From Antedon mediterranea (lineage: Eukaryota; Animalia; Echinodermata), in the NCBI RefSeq assembly GCF_964355755.1, contig NC_092672.1, forward strand, positions 3,844,001-3,908,000: a DNA stretch of 64,000 nucleotides. Direction: 5' to 3'. The stretch's first letter is position 1, and every line of letters begins with the position of its first letter. Made by a program: the position numbers and the translations under genes. The notes below the pieces were generated by a model. It was not told where the DNA came from, did no database searches, and saw only the letters and a list, made by a program, of their open reading frames with translations. Shown one piece after another: positions 38,001 through 48,600 of this stretch.

Positions 38001-39772
38001 GATTTTTATTTTCATGCTATAGCAAAAATTATCCACCGTATATCCACCATCTTTTTTCACCGTCTAGGGAGTCACCAGACATGTTATTACATTAGGTTAA
38101 CTACCTAACTACTGAAAAAAAGTCTTCCTGGTTTTTATGGAAGAATTTTGCCAAATTTTGTATTTGACTATATTAAGGGAAATTCATGTTTTTTCGTCTT
38201 GATTTCTGTTACAAATATTTGATTTATGTACAATTAACCAGATATTATATTTAAAATTCATGCCTGTACCTGAGCTTTAAGAAGACACTTAAATTGCATT
38301 CAGGACATAATGTCACTTTTTTTTGTCTAGATTTTTTGTGTTCATGGAGGTATACCACGCAGCAAGACAGAATCAAGTGTTAAGTTGGAAGATATTAACA
38401 GCATTCCTGTTCCCCTCAAAGACCCAGAGATTGAAAGTCCTTTGGCGTGGGACATTATGTGGAGCGACCCTGTCAGGTAGTACTATAAACCTCTGTCTAC
38501 ACATCAAACTTTATGTGACAAAAAAATGTGATGTGCCCAAATATGGACATGATGATGTCATATCACTACCATATTTGGGGATATCACCACCATATTTGGA
38601 AACATTACACTTTTTTTTGTCAAACTGGTTTTATAGTGTAGACAGGGCTTAAGAATAATGATTTTGAAGCGATTAGACATGACCTAACTGTAGTTATTGG
38701 TTCGTGTTTGTGAGAATATTTGGATGTGCTTCCTCACTTCACTTCACACACACTTTTGGTGGTTTCCAGGTTGAGAAGATGACGTACAACTTAATATGCG
38801 TCGGTCCTAAGCTTCCTGATAAAAAAATGACAGAAACAACAAAAATAACAAGTTAAGGGGATAATAAACATAACGTATTATTTTATCTTATCATGATGTA
38901 TGTATTTCATTGCTTGGAGATTCTATTATACTTTCAAATTTATATTAGCCAGAAAGTTAAAATTATATTTATTTTGGCTTGTTCAATGTAAATAAAAGGA
39001 ATAAGATTATGATTTCTTGAGATAGAGTTCATTGATTGTAAACCAGTATTAACTTAACTTATGTGTCAAGACAGTTTTGTCAAGCTGTCAGCTAGACTTT
39101 GTCAGAGGAAAATGTTTTCACTATTATTATATATATCAAATATTTGAACCAAAAACAACATCATGATACAACAACAAATGACATTTTATTTTCTAGGTTA
39201 GAATCAATGACTGACGAACTCACAAATGAGTTAGAAGAAAACAATGGCTTTGCTTTTAACAGCAGACGTGGAACTGCTAATTTCTTTAGCTCTTGTGCCT
39301 TAGAAAGCTTCCTTGAGGTCAATAACCTTTCGCACGTTGTCCGGGCACATGAGGTGCAACAAGTAGGGTTCAAAGTAAGTTCATGATCTTGGTTCCCACT
39401 AGAGACGCAGTGCAAGGACGTAACGCAATGCAAGTGATTTGACCAATCACAAGCGATGGATTATTCAAACAGTTGCTTGTTATTGGTCAACTCACTTATA
39501 TTGCATCTACATATCTATCTATTTACTACTGTACAACAAACCAAAGTTTTAAGCTAAAATTAATTCCTTGTTCTATTAATTATTGTTTGATTAATATCGA
39601 TTCTACCAATTTTTATACAATAAGCAATATTTTATTTTTTTGTCAGGTACAGTTGAAAGGTAAATTACTTACAGTATTTTCATCCTCCCATTATTGCGGC
39701 GGTTGCAACGAGGCTGCATGCATATTGGCTGATCGAAAGAAATTGAGAACAATACGTCTGGACACATCATAA
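5025..39772 (+). CDS. PPP-family Ser/Thr phosphatase with N-terminal degenerate NUDIX-like domain and EF-hand module, ~816 aa, 17 exons: 5025-5207, 5822-6065, 6775-6897, 7461-7587, 30420-30593, 31498-31581, 32616-32741, 33809-33921, 34086-34262, 35184-35275, 35651-35867, 36332-36462, 36692-36798, 37366-37468, 38331-38476, 39197-39374, 39647-39772
   Basis: All exons are GT-AG and phase-consistent (2451 nt). PPP motifs [38 protein letters not shown]; canonical EF loop [12 protein letters not shown]; the exon 4/5 junction reads DLFR|AFS across a 22.8-kb intron. Confidence 0.88.
6150..6290 (-). mobile_element. Degenerate SINE fragment (Deu/Nin-like core)
   Basis: Minus strand ACTGTAAACTGTTGGTCC...CACCTTAAGGAAAAACTTGGTACACGCTATTCGAAGAG resembles the core of the SINE at 48945-49232. 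Confidence 0.4.
6960..7185. repeat. Degenerate long inverted repeat (old MITE)
   Basis: TGGGTGACGCCATT...CATGGAGCAGCGCCCTC...AGTCAAAACTGT mirrored by ACAGATTTTGACT...GAGGGTGCGCTACTCCATG...AATGGTGGCACCCA. Confidence 0.55.
7607..10598. repeat. 67-bp tandem satellite, about 44-45 copies
   Basis: Unit CCTATTAAGGGACCCCCTCATTTATATCAGTATGAAGTATTCATTATTGCATCCTGTTAACTGACCA, period 67 (7608, 7675...), few substitutions, no unique spacers. Confidence 0.98.
11043..11550 (+). mobile_element. Harbinger-like transposon remnant with degraded Myb/SANT-like ORF
   Basis: Starts GGGCCTGTTTC; repeated AACCGGTT subterminal motifs; 11371 onward translates [18 protein letters not shown]...(frameshift)[16 protein letters not shown]. 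Confidence 0.45.
11765..12002. mobile_element. MITE-like inverted repeat element
   Basis: GCACGCCCTTAGTGCCTTTAATAG ... CTATTAAAGGCACTATGTGCGTGC. Confidence 0.5.
12226..12787 (-). pseudogene. C1q-domain/collagen pseudogene (copy 1)
   Basis: gC1q C-terminal part intact (MKYDT...FSGFLLY), but there is a frameshift at about 12575 and another in the collagen at about 12722; signal peptide, CxxCC motif, exon 1 and promoter are missing. Confidence 0.85.
13592..14329 (-). CDS. Secreted collagen + gC1q protein (C1qDC/CTRP-like) copy 2; non-coding exon 1 with donor at 14966
   Basis: Signal peptide [22 protein letters not shown], 26 Gly-X-Y, gC1q motifs SAFSA...YN..TGKFVC.IPGVYVF...FSGFLLY; acceptor at 14337. 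Confidence 0.92.
   Translation of the reverse strand: MFFKIAVHLVVIHVAKSAAQNDFEACNSCCTAGVPGIPGNHGNPGVSGPQGMNGIQGMKGEQGMKGEHGIKGDNGRNGLDGIPGKLGSTGPQGLIGLPGANGVKGEKGEQASQKKSAFSAVYTSNPGPHTASPMKYDTIITDVGNHYNKETGKFVCTIPGVYVFQVTSMKSSGSGQIVTRIMKNGNTQTSAWASEVGYNSASTMVVLDLVSGDQVWTEPIGPNHNTYYSDNNRYCSFSGFLLYEA
15930..16055. mobile_element. Harbinger-type MITE family A
   Basis: TIR AGCTCTGTCTACACTATCAAACT, TWA flanks. Confidence 0.8.
16458..16512 (+). ncRNA. Hammerhead-ribozyme-like motif (Penelope-associated type), probably degenerate
   Basis: CTGAAGA-A-[AGTGCTCAT gaa ATGAGCACT]-GAAAC-TGTCA-GTC; stem I pairs only weakly. Confidence 0.5.
16982..18462 (-). CDS. Collagen + gC1q protein copy 3; exons 18462-18452 (MYLG) and 17816-16982
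   Basis: ATGTATCTTGG|gtaagt spliced to cag|ATTTAAT gives [19 protein letters not shown] (signal peptide); 36 triplets with one G-to-S; intact gC1q. Confidence 0.9.
19760..21052 (-). CDS. Collagen + gC1q protein copy 4; exons 21052-21042 and 20621-19760
   Basis: Same 11-nt coding exon 1, in-frame [19 protein letters not shown]; 39 Gly-X-Y; intact gC1q. Confidence 0.9.
22001..22192. repeat. 12-bp perfect tandem repeat x16
   Basis: (ATCAATACAATA)16. Confidence 0.97.
22416..22570 (+). mobile_element. Helentron-derived (HINE/DINE-like) non-autonomous fragment
   Basis: AAGGGCATTCAGAGAGCGCAAA ... ATGAAATTCGGGCAATAACTTTTTGAGTAATCCTGCTAAC; reverse copy at 27636-27825. Confidence 0.5.
22672..23415 (-). 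CDS. Collagen + gC1q protein copy 5; non-coding exon 1 with donor at 23747
   Basis: Signal peptide [26 protein letters not shown], 26 Gly-X-Y, intact gC1q; acceptor at 23423. Confidence 0.92.
   Translation of the reverse strand: MFFITHVIQFAAILIISSVATCTDSEACNNCCTAGVPGIHGQPGNPGIPGSQGLRGIRGEQGMKGETGLKGEQGIKGDNGIDGIPGNTGLIGARGPMGPPGATGIRGEKGEQASQKKSAFTAVFRSNPGRYDTSPMKYDTIITNVGNHYNLETGKFVCVIPGVYVFQVTSMKDIGSGKIVTRIKKNGTNQVAMEMDASGFNSASTMVVLDLISGDEVWTEPHSTTYNYYHSNTNGYCSFSGFLLYAA
25406..26176 (-). CDS. Collagen + gC1q protein copy 6 (chimeric, start codon uncertain, possibly decaying)
   Basis: Open frame with CNSCC, 26 triplets with one G-to-R, intact gC1q; no ATG at either paralogous start position after splicing 26376 to 26141. 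Confidence 0.7.
   Translation of the reverse strand: MKRLNNLLNYFRWCFTIFIQLAVIHVINSVQTDSEACNSCCTPGVPGIPGNHGNPGVSGPQGLKREKGVKGEQGIDGEHGMKGDNGRNGSDGIPGKLGPKGPQGLIGLPGANGVKGKKGAQASQKKSAFTAAFVSSPGRATGPLKFDTIITNVGNHYNRGTGKFVCAIPGVYVFQVTSMKSSGGGQIATRIMKNGSPQVSTWVTADGHNSASTMVVLDLISGDQVWTEPHPGSVFNYYHSNSNKYCSFSGFLLYAA
27266..27635. mobile_element. Tc/pogo-like MITE (truncated duplicate at about 24542-24870)
   Basis: TATTTTCTCTAATAAACGCCCC at the left end, GGGGCGTTTATT twice at the right end. Confidence 0.55.
27636..27825 (-). mobile_element. Helentron-derived non-autonomous fragment
   Basis: Reverse homolog of 22416-22570 with GT microsatellite and GCACTCTCTGAGTGCCCTTCCAG end. Confidence 0.5.
27999..29396 (-). 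CDS. Collagen + gC1q protein copy 7; exons 29396-29386 and 28743-27999
   Basis: [19 protein letters not shown] signal peptide (both candidate ATGs present), CNNCC, 25 Gly-X-Y, intact gC1q. Confidence 0.92.
28765..29125. repeat. Compound GTAACG/GTACGG repeat with an internal duplicated block, in intron 1 of C1q copy 7
   Basis: Alternating 6-mers; block about 28810-28935 repeated at about 28980-29105. Confidence 0.85.
29840..30272. mobile_element. Kolobok-type MITE with about 140-bp TIRs
   Basis: AGAACAACTTGACCGAGGACCATA...GTGACGTCACAGGTGCAT mirrored at the right end; T(C/T)AA flanks, AG...CT termini. Confidence 0.75.
30695..31247. mobile_element. Merlin-type MITE
   Basis: 8-bp TSD TTAGAGAA on both sides, GG...CC termini, about 90-bp TIRs with tandem CATTTCGGCCGCC. 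Confidence 0.75.
32165..32450 (+). mobile_element. L2/CR1-group LINE 3' remnant
   Basis: Encodes [10 protein letters not shown] (typical ORF2 end); tail GCGCTATATAAAT...(ATT)n. Confidence 0.6.
33255..33560. repeat. 43-bp minisatellite, about 7 copies
   Basis: TTTTGCTGTAATTTGATTGGCTTGCTAGGTTGAGGATGTATAG. Confidence 0.9.
34360..34553. repeat. Palindromic MITE-like element with central telomere-like GGGTTA repeats
   Basis: Arms at about 34382-34427 and 34487-34531 are inverted; centre TAGGGTTAAGGGTTAGG. Confidence 0.6.
34554..35138. repeat. 20-bp tandem repeat, about 29 copies
   Basis: TATGTTATAATGTGTATATC. Confidence 0.97.
36890..37220 (-). mobile_element. 5S rRNA-derived element (SINE3-like), degenerate
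   Basis: Minus strand 37220-37113 reads CGGTTCTTGTCAGCTCACCAAAGTTAAGCA...TGGATGGGAGACCATCTGGGAATATTGGGTGCT (5S A and C boxes), followed by about 220 bp of body. Confidence 0.6.
38489..38649. mobile_element. Harbinger-type MITE family A
   Basis: Family TIRs, TAA TSD. Confidence 0.8.
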
Positions 39773-39820
39773 AAAAAAAACAATTTGAAGGAGTTTGATG
39801 GAGCTTAGGATTATGTTTAA

Positions 39821-39985
39821 AGCCTTGTCCACACTATCAAACATTATGACTGTGACAAAAAAATGTAATGTGCCCATATATGGACTTGATGATGTCATAT
39901 CACTACCATATTTAAGCATATCTCTACCATATTTGGGCACATCACACATTTCTTGTCAAACTAGTTTGATAGTGTGGACAGAGCT
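39821..39985. mobile_element. Harbinger-type MITE family A, 48 bp downstream of the phosphatase stop codon
   Basis: Family TIRs and core. Confidence 0.75.
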
Positions 39986-40349
39986 CTTTGATTCTGATTA
40001 AAGCACAATACAGGTTTAATGTCGGCAATAGTACCAAGGTGAATACAGATTTTGGGTTCATTGTTTTGTACAGATATTAATATATATTTTCATTATTTTT
40101 TTTAAGTGCAGCAACAAATTATTTTAACAAATAGTGTTTTTTAGTGTAAGCTGTCTAGTTTCGTAGGGAGACAACAAAATGTGTCTGAAACACATATTTC
40201 TCACCTGTGGTTAAGGTGTGCCATAACGTATGTGTAAACTTTGGAGTTTAGCTACTGAAGGCGATGTGGAAAAGGTATAAATTAAAACACTCCTATTGTA
40301 CTATGTATTTTTTGCTTTTCTGTTGCAGTTTAATTGATAATGATCATCT

Positions 40350-41310
40350 TTAAAAAAATGGCCAAATTTCTACCCTTTTATTTATCTACATCTAAAATGG
40401 TTACTATATAAGGAGGGTAAAAAACAAGACATGTATATTGTATAATAATTGAATATTGGAAACTTGATATTTTGATCATTTCTTCGTAAATCTATGTACA
40501 GTTACTGGTTACTGAGTGTATAGATGATACTATATACGCCATATATAGCAATATTATTTTAGAATATATATTGATTATGTACAGTAAATAAATGGTCGAA
40601 ATTTTCCTTAAAAATCCCTGTACTATGTGCATGTCAAATTATGATATAATAACCAGTTACGTAAACAAATGGGTCGAAATTTGGCAAGTTTTCGAAAAAT
40701 TTTATGTACTATAGTAAAATACGCACTTTTTAAAATACTATTAAACAATAATATTGCTATATATGTGCATATATTGCATTATAATCATCTTATAGACGTA
40801 TAGTAACCATTTATGTCAAAAAATAAAAAGGTCTAAATTTGGCTATTTTTGAAAAAATCCCTGTACTATAGTACAGAAATATTTTCGAAAAATGGCCGAT
40901 TTTCGACCCTTTTATTTTTTGACATAAATGGTTACTATTGCATAATAAACATGCGCAGAGACGAATAAAGGGTTCTGCGCATGTCAATTGTGCTAGTAAC
41001 CAGTTTTGACATAAATGGTTACTATAGTATAATAAACATGCGCAGAGGCGACTAATGGGTTCTGCGCATGTTAATTGTGCTATAGTAACCAGTTTTATCG
41101 AAAAATAAAAGGTTCGAAAATTGGCAATTTTTTTGAAAAAATCCCTGTACTATAGTACAGGGAAATTTTCGAAAAATGGCCGATTTTCGAACCTTTTATT
41201 TTTTGACATAAATGGTTACTATTGCATAATAAACATGTTCAGAGACGAATAATGGGTTCTGCGCATGGCAATTGTGCTATAGTAACCAGTTTTGACATAA
41301 ATGGTTTTTC
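40350..41310. repeat. Composite foldback-like repeat (nested inverted and direct blocks)
   Basis: Recurrent CCCTGTACTATAGTACAG palindromes, TTGACATAAATGGTTACTAT / ATAGTAACCA arms, CATGCGCAGA..TCTGCGCATG hairpins; about 290-bp tandem duplication. Confidence 0.6.
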
Positions 41311-41929
41311 ATGTTTCTTGTATTTTTACTTAAGTTTTAAGTATTAATTTAAGAGGGAGAATATTCAATATACGGAGTTCACATAGTCTCTCCGGGGTAT
41401 TTAATTCTAAATATTCCAGAAATAAAATTAATACTCTAATAATAGCTAAACAAGTTTAAGTGAGTATTGAATAAAATAATTATTGACAATTATTCGTAGG
41501 GCAGTACCAAATTATTTTATGTTTAAAACAACAATATACAATAACAATACAATTGCTGTGCAATTAACACCATTGTTGTGCACTTGAATGGGTTTCCTAT
41601 GACATAATAGGTGTTAATATGTCAATTGAGTGAGTCTTTCATGGCATTTGTCTTTGGTGACAATAGTAACACACACTTGTAATTGAGTGGTATTTTGATT
41701 TTTAAATTTCATATTTATAGTTAAAATTTTGAATATCTGAATATTCCACAAGGTGTATCATTCCCTAAATATCCCAAAAAGCTAAAAAAGTGATTTTTGA
41801 AAAATGTGTCAGTTGAGTCATTCTTTCATGACAGGGCAGTATAGTACAGGATTTTTTTCAAAAAGTGGCCAAAATACGCACTTTTTCAAATACTATTATT
41901 ATGCAATAGTATTGCTATATATGCGCATT

Positions 41930-42410
41930 GCATATATATTACTTTAAAAACATTAAACCAGGTCATTCCTTGTCTTAAACGTATGTTTATGGTAGCTCGC
42001 GGTAAACGTCTCGTGGACGGTCTTTAGGCCTAGCCTAGCTAGGATTGGTAATGTACGAACATCGTACGCTAGCTATAGGCCTAGCCTAACGTTGTATAGT
42101 TGCTGCATTGTCTTTCTGTTTTTGCTATTGGGAGATTTTCCTGAAAAGTTAGGAGTCTTCCATTTTTCTTGGCCTCACGATCGATCGAAAAGTGGGCGAA
42201 TTACAGGTGAAAAACAAAAATTTCAATCCGCGCAATGCATGTTGGGAATTATAGCGGGCCGCTTAAATTATTAGAATCAACTTATTTCCACATTTTTAAC
42301 CGTTTAAAGACAAAGTTATCTCAATAGGACTATATAGTATTTATTTTTACATTGAAATGTAGAAAAAATGTAAAATGTAAAAAATTAAAAAAACGTAGGG
42401 AATGGGACTT
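41930..42410 (-). mobile_element. Kolobok-type element, reverse copy of 3670-4290
   Basis: Reverse-complement similarity e.g. CGCAATGCAT...ATAGCGGGCCGC and CGTAGGGAATGGG. Confidence 0.7.
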
Positions 42411-42680
42411 TTACAATTTAATTGGTAACTAACAGTATTGCTCAGTGGATCAGAACGTGCTTAGTCATTATACAAAACTTTTTCTCATTAATAGCTGTAC
42501 AGGCTTTCTGTCGGACAACAAGGAACAATACATTGTTGTTTGATAAATTTATTACCAATTTAATAAAAAAAAACTATATAAACAAAAATAGAATTAGCAG
42601 GTCTCTTCGGTGTGTTACTTGAAATGTTGCAAAATTACCACTACTTTTGAGTGTCGCTCATGATGTTTTACGGCATTAAA

Positions 42681-45600
42681 TTAAAAAATGTCTTTATTAA
42701 GGACTGCCTGATGAAGAATTTCAACAAAAGTAAGTTCAGTTAATCTTGTTAATTCTCTATCATCGTCAAGTTCACTTCGAGTTGATGTCTTTCTAAACTT
42801 TGGTGAAAGTATTGTGGATCCATCGCTTTTTTGATTGGTTGCTAACGATGCCTGACATACCTGACCTAGCTGAACCAGGAAGGATGTGATGTCATCGTAC
42901 AGTGGTGGAAATGCTCTGGCAATACGTACAAGAGAGGGCAGCAGAGGAGCAAAGAATTTACCTCTTTCATCTCCAGGTAATACTAAAAAAAAACAAAATA
43001 ATAATAATAATAATAATCACAGCTCGTTACCATGGATTTGATAATAATAATTTGAAGTCACTCCTTCTAAATTTATTATTTATTCTCAATTGATGACTTT
43101 TAAGAAGAAACTAGTTGTGTTATGTTATTCAAAATTATGTCTTCTTTAGGCTATGCTTTTTATATATCAAATTATTATTAAGCTCTGTCTACACTATCAA
43201 ACTAGTTTGACAAAAAAAGTGGTAGTGATAGTGATATGACATCATCATGTCCATACAGTATATGGGTACATCACATTTTTTTGTCATATAAAGTTTATTA
43301 GTGTAGACAGAGCTTTATGATAAAAATATACATGGCCATTTTGAGGACTTTCTATTAGTTAAATGATATATTTATGTCTATTGTCTATCTATAGTCTGAT
43401 TATGATGTCAGCAGTATTGCAACAGCCAGGATTTGAACCCAAAATTGTTAAGCACCAAACTACCACATACCAATAACAACAATAACAAATTGATACAAAC
43501 CTGTTAAATGTGTAAGTAGAATATTGATTGCCAATCTTGCTACACTTAGTGATTTTGGCAAAGCATAATGTTGACATATATGTGACACAAGTTCCACAGC
43601 AAAAGCCTGAACAATTACAAAAAACATTTAAAATAATATTAATCATAATTTAAACTATTCAACATGAGCATCACCAATATCAACATTAACTAAAATCAGG
43701 ACTAAAATCGGTTTGTTCTTCTTTCCTAGCGCCGATTTTCATTTCCCATTTACCTGCAACATCATCATCACCATCACATCATTATCTGCATATCATATGT
43801 ATCATCATCATTATCTGCATATCATCATCATCCGCATCATTATCTGCATATCATATGTATCATTACATCATCCGCATCACTATCTGCATATCATATGTAT
43901 CATTACATCATCCGCATCATTATCAGCATATCATATGTATCATTACATTATCCACATCATTATCTACACATCATATCTATCATCATCCGCATCATTATCT
44001 GCATATCATATCTATCATCATCATCCACATCATTATCTGCATATCATATCTATCCTCATCATCCACATCAATATCTGAATATCATATATACCATCATCAT
44101 CCGCATATCATATGTATCATCATCATTATCTGCATATCATATCTATCACCATCATCCGCATCATTATCTGCATATCATATCTATCATCATCATCCACATC
44201 ATTATCTGCATATCATATCTATCATCATCATCCGCATCATTATCTGCATATCATATCTATCATCATCATCCACATCAATATCTGCATATCATATCTATCA
44301 TCATCATCCACATCAATATCTGCATATCATATCTATCATCATCATCCACATCAATATCTGCATATCATATCTATCATCATCATCCACATCAATATCTGCA
44401 TATCATATCTATCATCATCCACATCAATATCTGCATATCATATCTATCATCATCATCCACATCAATATCTGCATATCATATCTATCATCATCATCCACAT
44501 CAATATCTGCATATCATATATACCATCATCCTCCGCATATCATATGTATCATCATCATTATCTGCATATCATATCTATCATCATCATCCACATCAATATC
44601 TGCATATCATATCTATCATCATCATCCACATCAATATCTGCATATCATATCTATCATCATCATCCACATCATTATCTGCATATCATATCTATCATTATCT
44701 GCATATCATATCTATCATCATCATCCACATCAATATCTGGATATCATATCTATCATCATCATCCGCATCATTATCTGGATATCATATCTATCATCAAAAT
44801 CCACATCAATATCTGCATATCATATATACCATCATCATCCGCATATCATATGTATCATCATCATTATCTGCATATCATATCTATCATCATCATCCACATC
44901 ATTATCTGCATATCATATCTATCATCATCATCCGCATCATTATCTGCATATCATATCTATCATCATCATCCACATCATTATCTGCATATCATATCTATCA
45001 TCATCATCAGCATCATTATCTGCATATCATATCTATCATCATCATCCACATCCACATCTGCATATCATATCTATCATCATCATCCGCATCATTATCTGCA
45101 TATCATATGTATCATCATCATCATCATCATCATTATCTGCATATCATATCATATGTATCATTATCACCATTATCATTATCTGCATTAACCTCATTCACAT
45201 ACCTGTTTTTCTATCTGTGGCTGGCTAAGAAGCTCTGGAATAAAATCTAGACATATATGTATTGATGGAATGCCAGCTACAGTCACTGGTAGTAGTTCAC
45301 TAGGATAACCCTAAAGAAACAAGTATATATAGTATAAAATCTAGACATATATGTATTGATGGAATGCCAACTACAGTCACTGGCAGTAGTTCACTAGGAT
45401 AACCCTAAAGAAACAAGTATATATAGTAGTAAATTACAAAGAGGCATCCAAAACAGATATAATATAGATTGATATTAAAACAGCAACAAATTATTTTACC
45501 TGGAAGTGAACAAGTTTGACCAATGCTGGGTCAGATATAAAGATTTGGTGAAGTTGTGAACATACAAGACACTGTACTTCCCTTATAGCATTTAACATAC

Positions 45601-48600
45601 CTCCATCCCTCTTGAAAAAAAAAATAGCTTGATTATCTGACTAACTTCAACTAAAAATAAAGAGCTAAATTAGTCACGATTTTTAACAAAAACCAGTCTT
45701 GTATTAGATAATATATATTTAGTAGAAAAAATTACAAATGGGTCGATCCAAAACAACCTGGAGGCACACAGTGGAGAAGGAAAGAGATAGATCAGGCTGG
45801 AGATCATGGAATGAAGCTAAAGTTAAAGCTGGAAACAGAATCGACTGGAGAGAGCATCTTGTAGCCTTACCTTAGCTAATAGGATAGGTAAGGTAAGCAA
45901 AAACCACTAACTAATACTATACCTGTTCGCCTTCAAATGGCAGACAAATCTCCAAAAGAATCTGGACAGCAGTGCTCTCTTGCGCTGCCAACAATGCGAT
46001 CTTTAACTCCTCTTTCTCTTGGTCAGTACACATTGGTGTGATGTTGAATAGATCTTGCTTTTTGCTTGAACTTGTAGAAGAATTTGCTAAAAGATGAGTA
46101 GAGAGAAATGCCCTTGATGCTGCTAGGAAGGCTGTCAACATTTGAATTACGACCTCCAGAATCGGACAACATCTAAAAAAAGATTAGTTATCTTAAGACC
46201 AAAAGAAAACTGGATACACCAAATAGAAAAATATTTAAAAGGAAAAAATGAATATGACTTTAGCACAATAACAAACTATCCTGCCCAAAACAGAAAAATA
46301 TGGAAACAATTGTGGAAAGCGTAATGTCTGAATGACGGAAAACATTTCAGGGGAGAATCTTTTTTTTGGGTAATAGTGGCTGGTTTAAAAAAATGGCATC
46401 CAATTTTGAGAGAGTAAGCTTGTATTATGTTGTATCGTACCTGTAAACTCTTGTGTTACACCTGAGGACTATTAATGGATCCAAAATGATGTCTTCTTCA
46501 CTGTATGGCGACAGTTGGCTTTTGCCTTCCAGTATATTAACTGTCATTACCCGTAACCTGCATGAAACAAAAAGGTTAAGTTAAAAAGTTCAAATTTAAA
46601 ATGAGTGTAAAAGCCAATTTACACAGATGCTCAGTGGTAACGGTAGGCAGAAAACCGCGTAGCTTGTCATGTCCCCCATATAATATGTAAATATGCTGAG
46701 CGGAAACCGTCCGTTTTCTCCACATTGTGTGTAATTTTTATTACCGTTATTGCTCGTCTGTGTAAATTGGCCTTTAAACTCTTCCCTGGTTAGACCAATT
46801 CAATCATAATCATTATTCATTTCTTTAAACTGTATCAATTCATGACATAGTATGGATGTACACATTTAGAGTAGAAATCTATCTGTTAATACCACTGTAT
46901 AACATTTTTATTAAACTATTTATTATTTTTAATGTTCCTGAGCTTACTTATCCAATAGGAAAATTTGTGTTATTTTAATTTGTATGGTTTTTATGGACGC
47001 CTTGTTTATGAGCATCTAATCTAAATAACTGAATGAATATATTATTATAAATTGTTTTCTCACCTTCTTGGCATTACAGTACTAAGATGACGCCAAAGGG
47101 TCATCACCATGGTAATAACCTTACGAGGCACATCAGGTTCAAGAAGAAACTGAAGACTATCTACTATGACTTCAGCATAAGTCATAAGACGATGAGCTGG
47201 CAGATGACTTAGGCGAGCCAGTAACTGTAGGACTGTAGAAGAATCTTCTCTGCAAGCAAGTAAAGCTGTAGGTCAAAGGTTATTAGGTCAGTGGTTAAAA
47301 TATCAAAGGATCAGGTGCCGTTTTCGGCCACCTCGACTTATATGGACTATACCATTATTATGATAGGGGTGTGGTGCATTATGTTTTATGTATTTGATTT
47401 TGATTTGATTTGATTTATTTCGGCATCAGTACATAAAATATCACAGACATACAATTAAAATTGGCAAATATAAAAATACCAAAATAAAACAAGGATGCCA
47501 AGGATGTAGAGAAGGGTGTCTATTGAATGAGAAGACAATACAATTGTTCTGTTAATGTAACCTACAGTACAAACTACTAGGAACAATACAAAACATCAAA
47601 AACTAGCAAGCATGTCCTTTTTATAAGGCATGTTAATTATTTATTAGTAATTTATTAATATTATAATATGTATAAGAGGAGGCTGTACTAAGCAGCACAT
47701 TTAAAATTACAACCAACCTTTGTGTAGCCTCTGTGGTGAGCATATTGGCAGACTGTGTGGGTACACAAGACGATGCACCACTGCTGGGCTATCTATTAGC
47801 TCCTCAGATAACCAGTTCTCTACCAGGCACAAGTGTGGGTAGTGGGTAGCTAGTAGCCTTAGGATTGACGGATACAAGCCTGAGTAGGCCTTCTGATTTT
47901 GCTGAGCTGAGTGAAGTAAATACTTGATGGGTACTTGGGTCATGAGGTCAGTTGAGTAGGAACTATATTTATTTACATTCCCTGTGAAAATAGAATACTT
48001 TAAATAAGAAAAACACAAATATGGTTATGATATACCCAAATATGGTAGTGATATGACATCATCATGTCCAAATATGGGCACATCACATTTTTTTGTCACA
48101 TAAAGTTTGATAGTGTAGACAGATCTTAGAGCATTATTAAATTATTAATCATACTATGTTGGAAAAAGTGGTAATTAGCACAAATATATCAAACAACTTG
48201 ATTGTCCTGATAGCTCTCAAAGTTTCTGCAAAAATGTGACTGAAAGGTCATAAAGCACTCATATTAGTATTGGATTTGATTGAGTTGACATTGTCTGCAA
48301 TGGGAGGAATACGATAAAAGTCTAACATTACCTGCGGCTTTTTTATGTGACAATAAGCAATCTTCATAAAGTAAAATGTAATAAAGTGTTAAAAGTTGAG
48401 GGGTTAGGCCTAGGTCTTCATTACTACTCTTCTGTACAGCATCAAGCACAGGGCTTTCACTATCATCTGTCTCCATAGGTTCATCGATTGAGCCTGTGTT
48501 ATCCTTTAGCTTAGGTTTCCCCCTTAGGCTTAGATCTTTAGTTAGTTCTTTATCTCTGCTCTTTGAGGATAGGTAGACACTTGATGACTTGAACACTGCA

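Noticed and set aside
5025-39772. Calling the phosphatase PPEF/rdgC or calcineurin A
   Set aside because: EF-hands are N-terminal, no IQ motif or calcineurin regulatory tail is seen, and the protein ends right after the catalytic domain; no gene symbol assigned.
43713-45250. Long His/Ile/Ser-rich ORFs (358-457 aa) in all three plus frames
   Set aside because: Artefact of a CAT-rich minisatellite lacking stop codons; lies in an INTS2 intron on the opposite strand.
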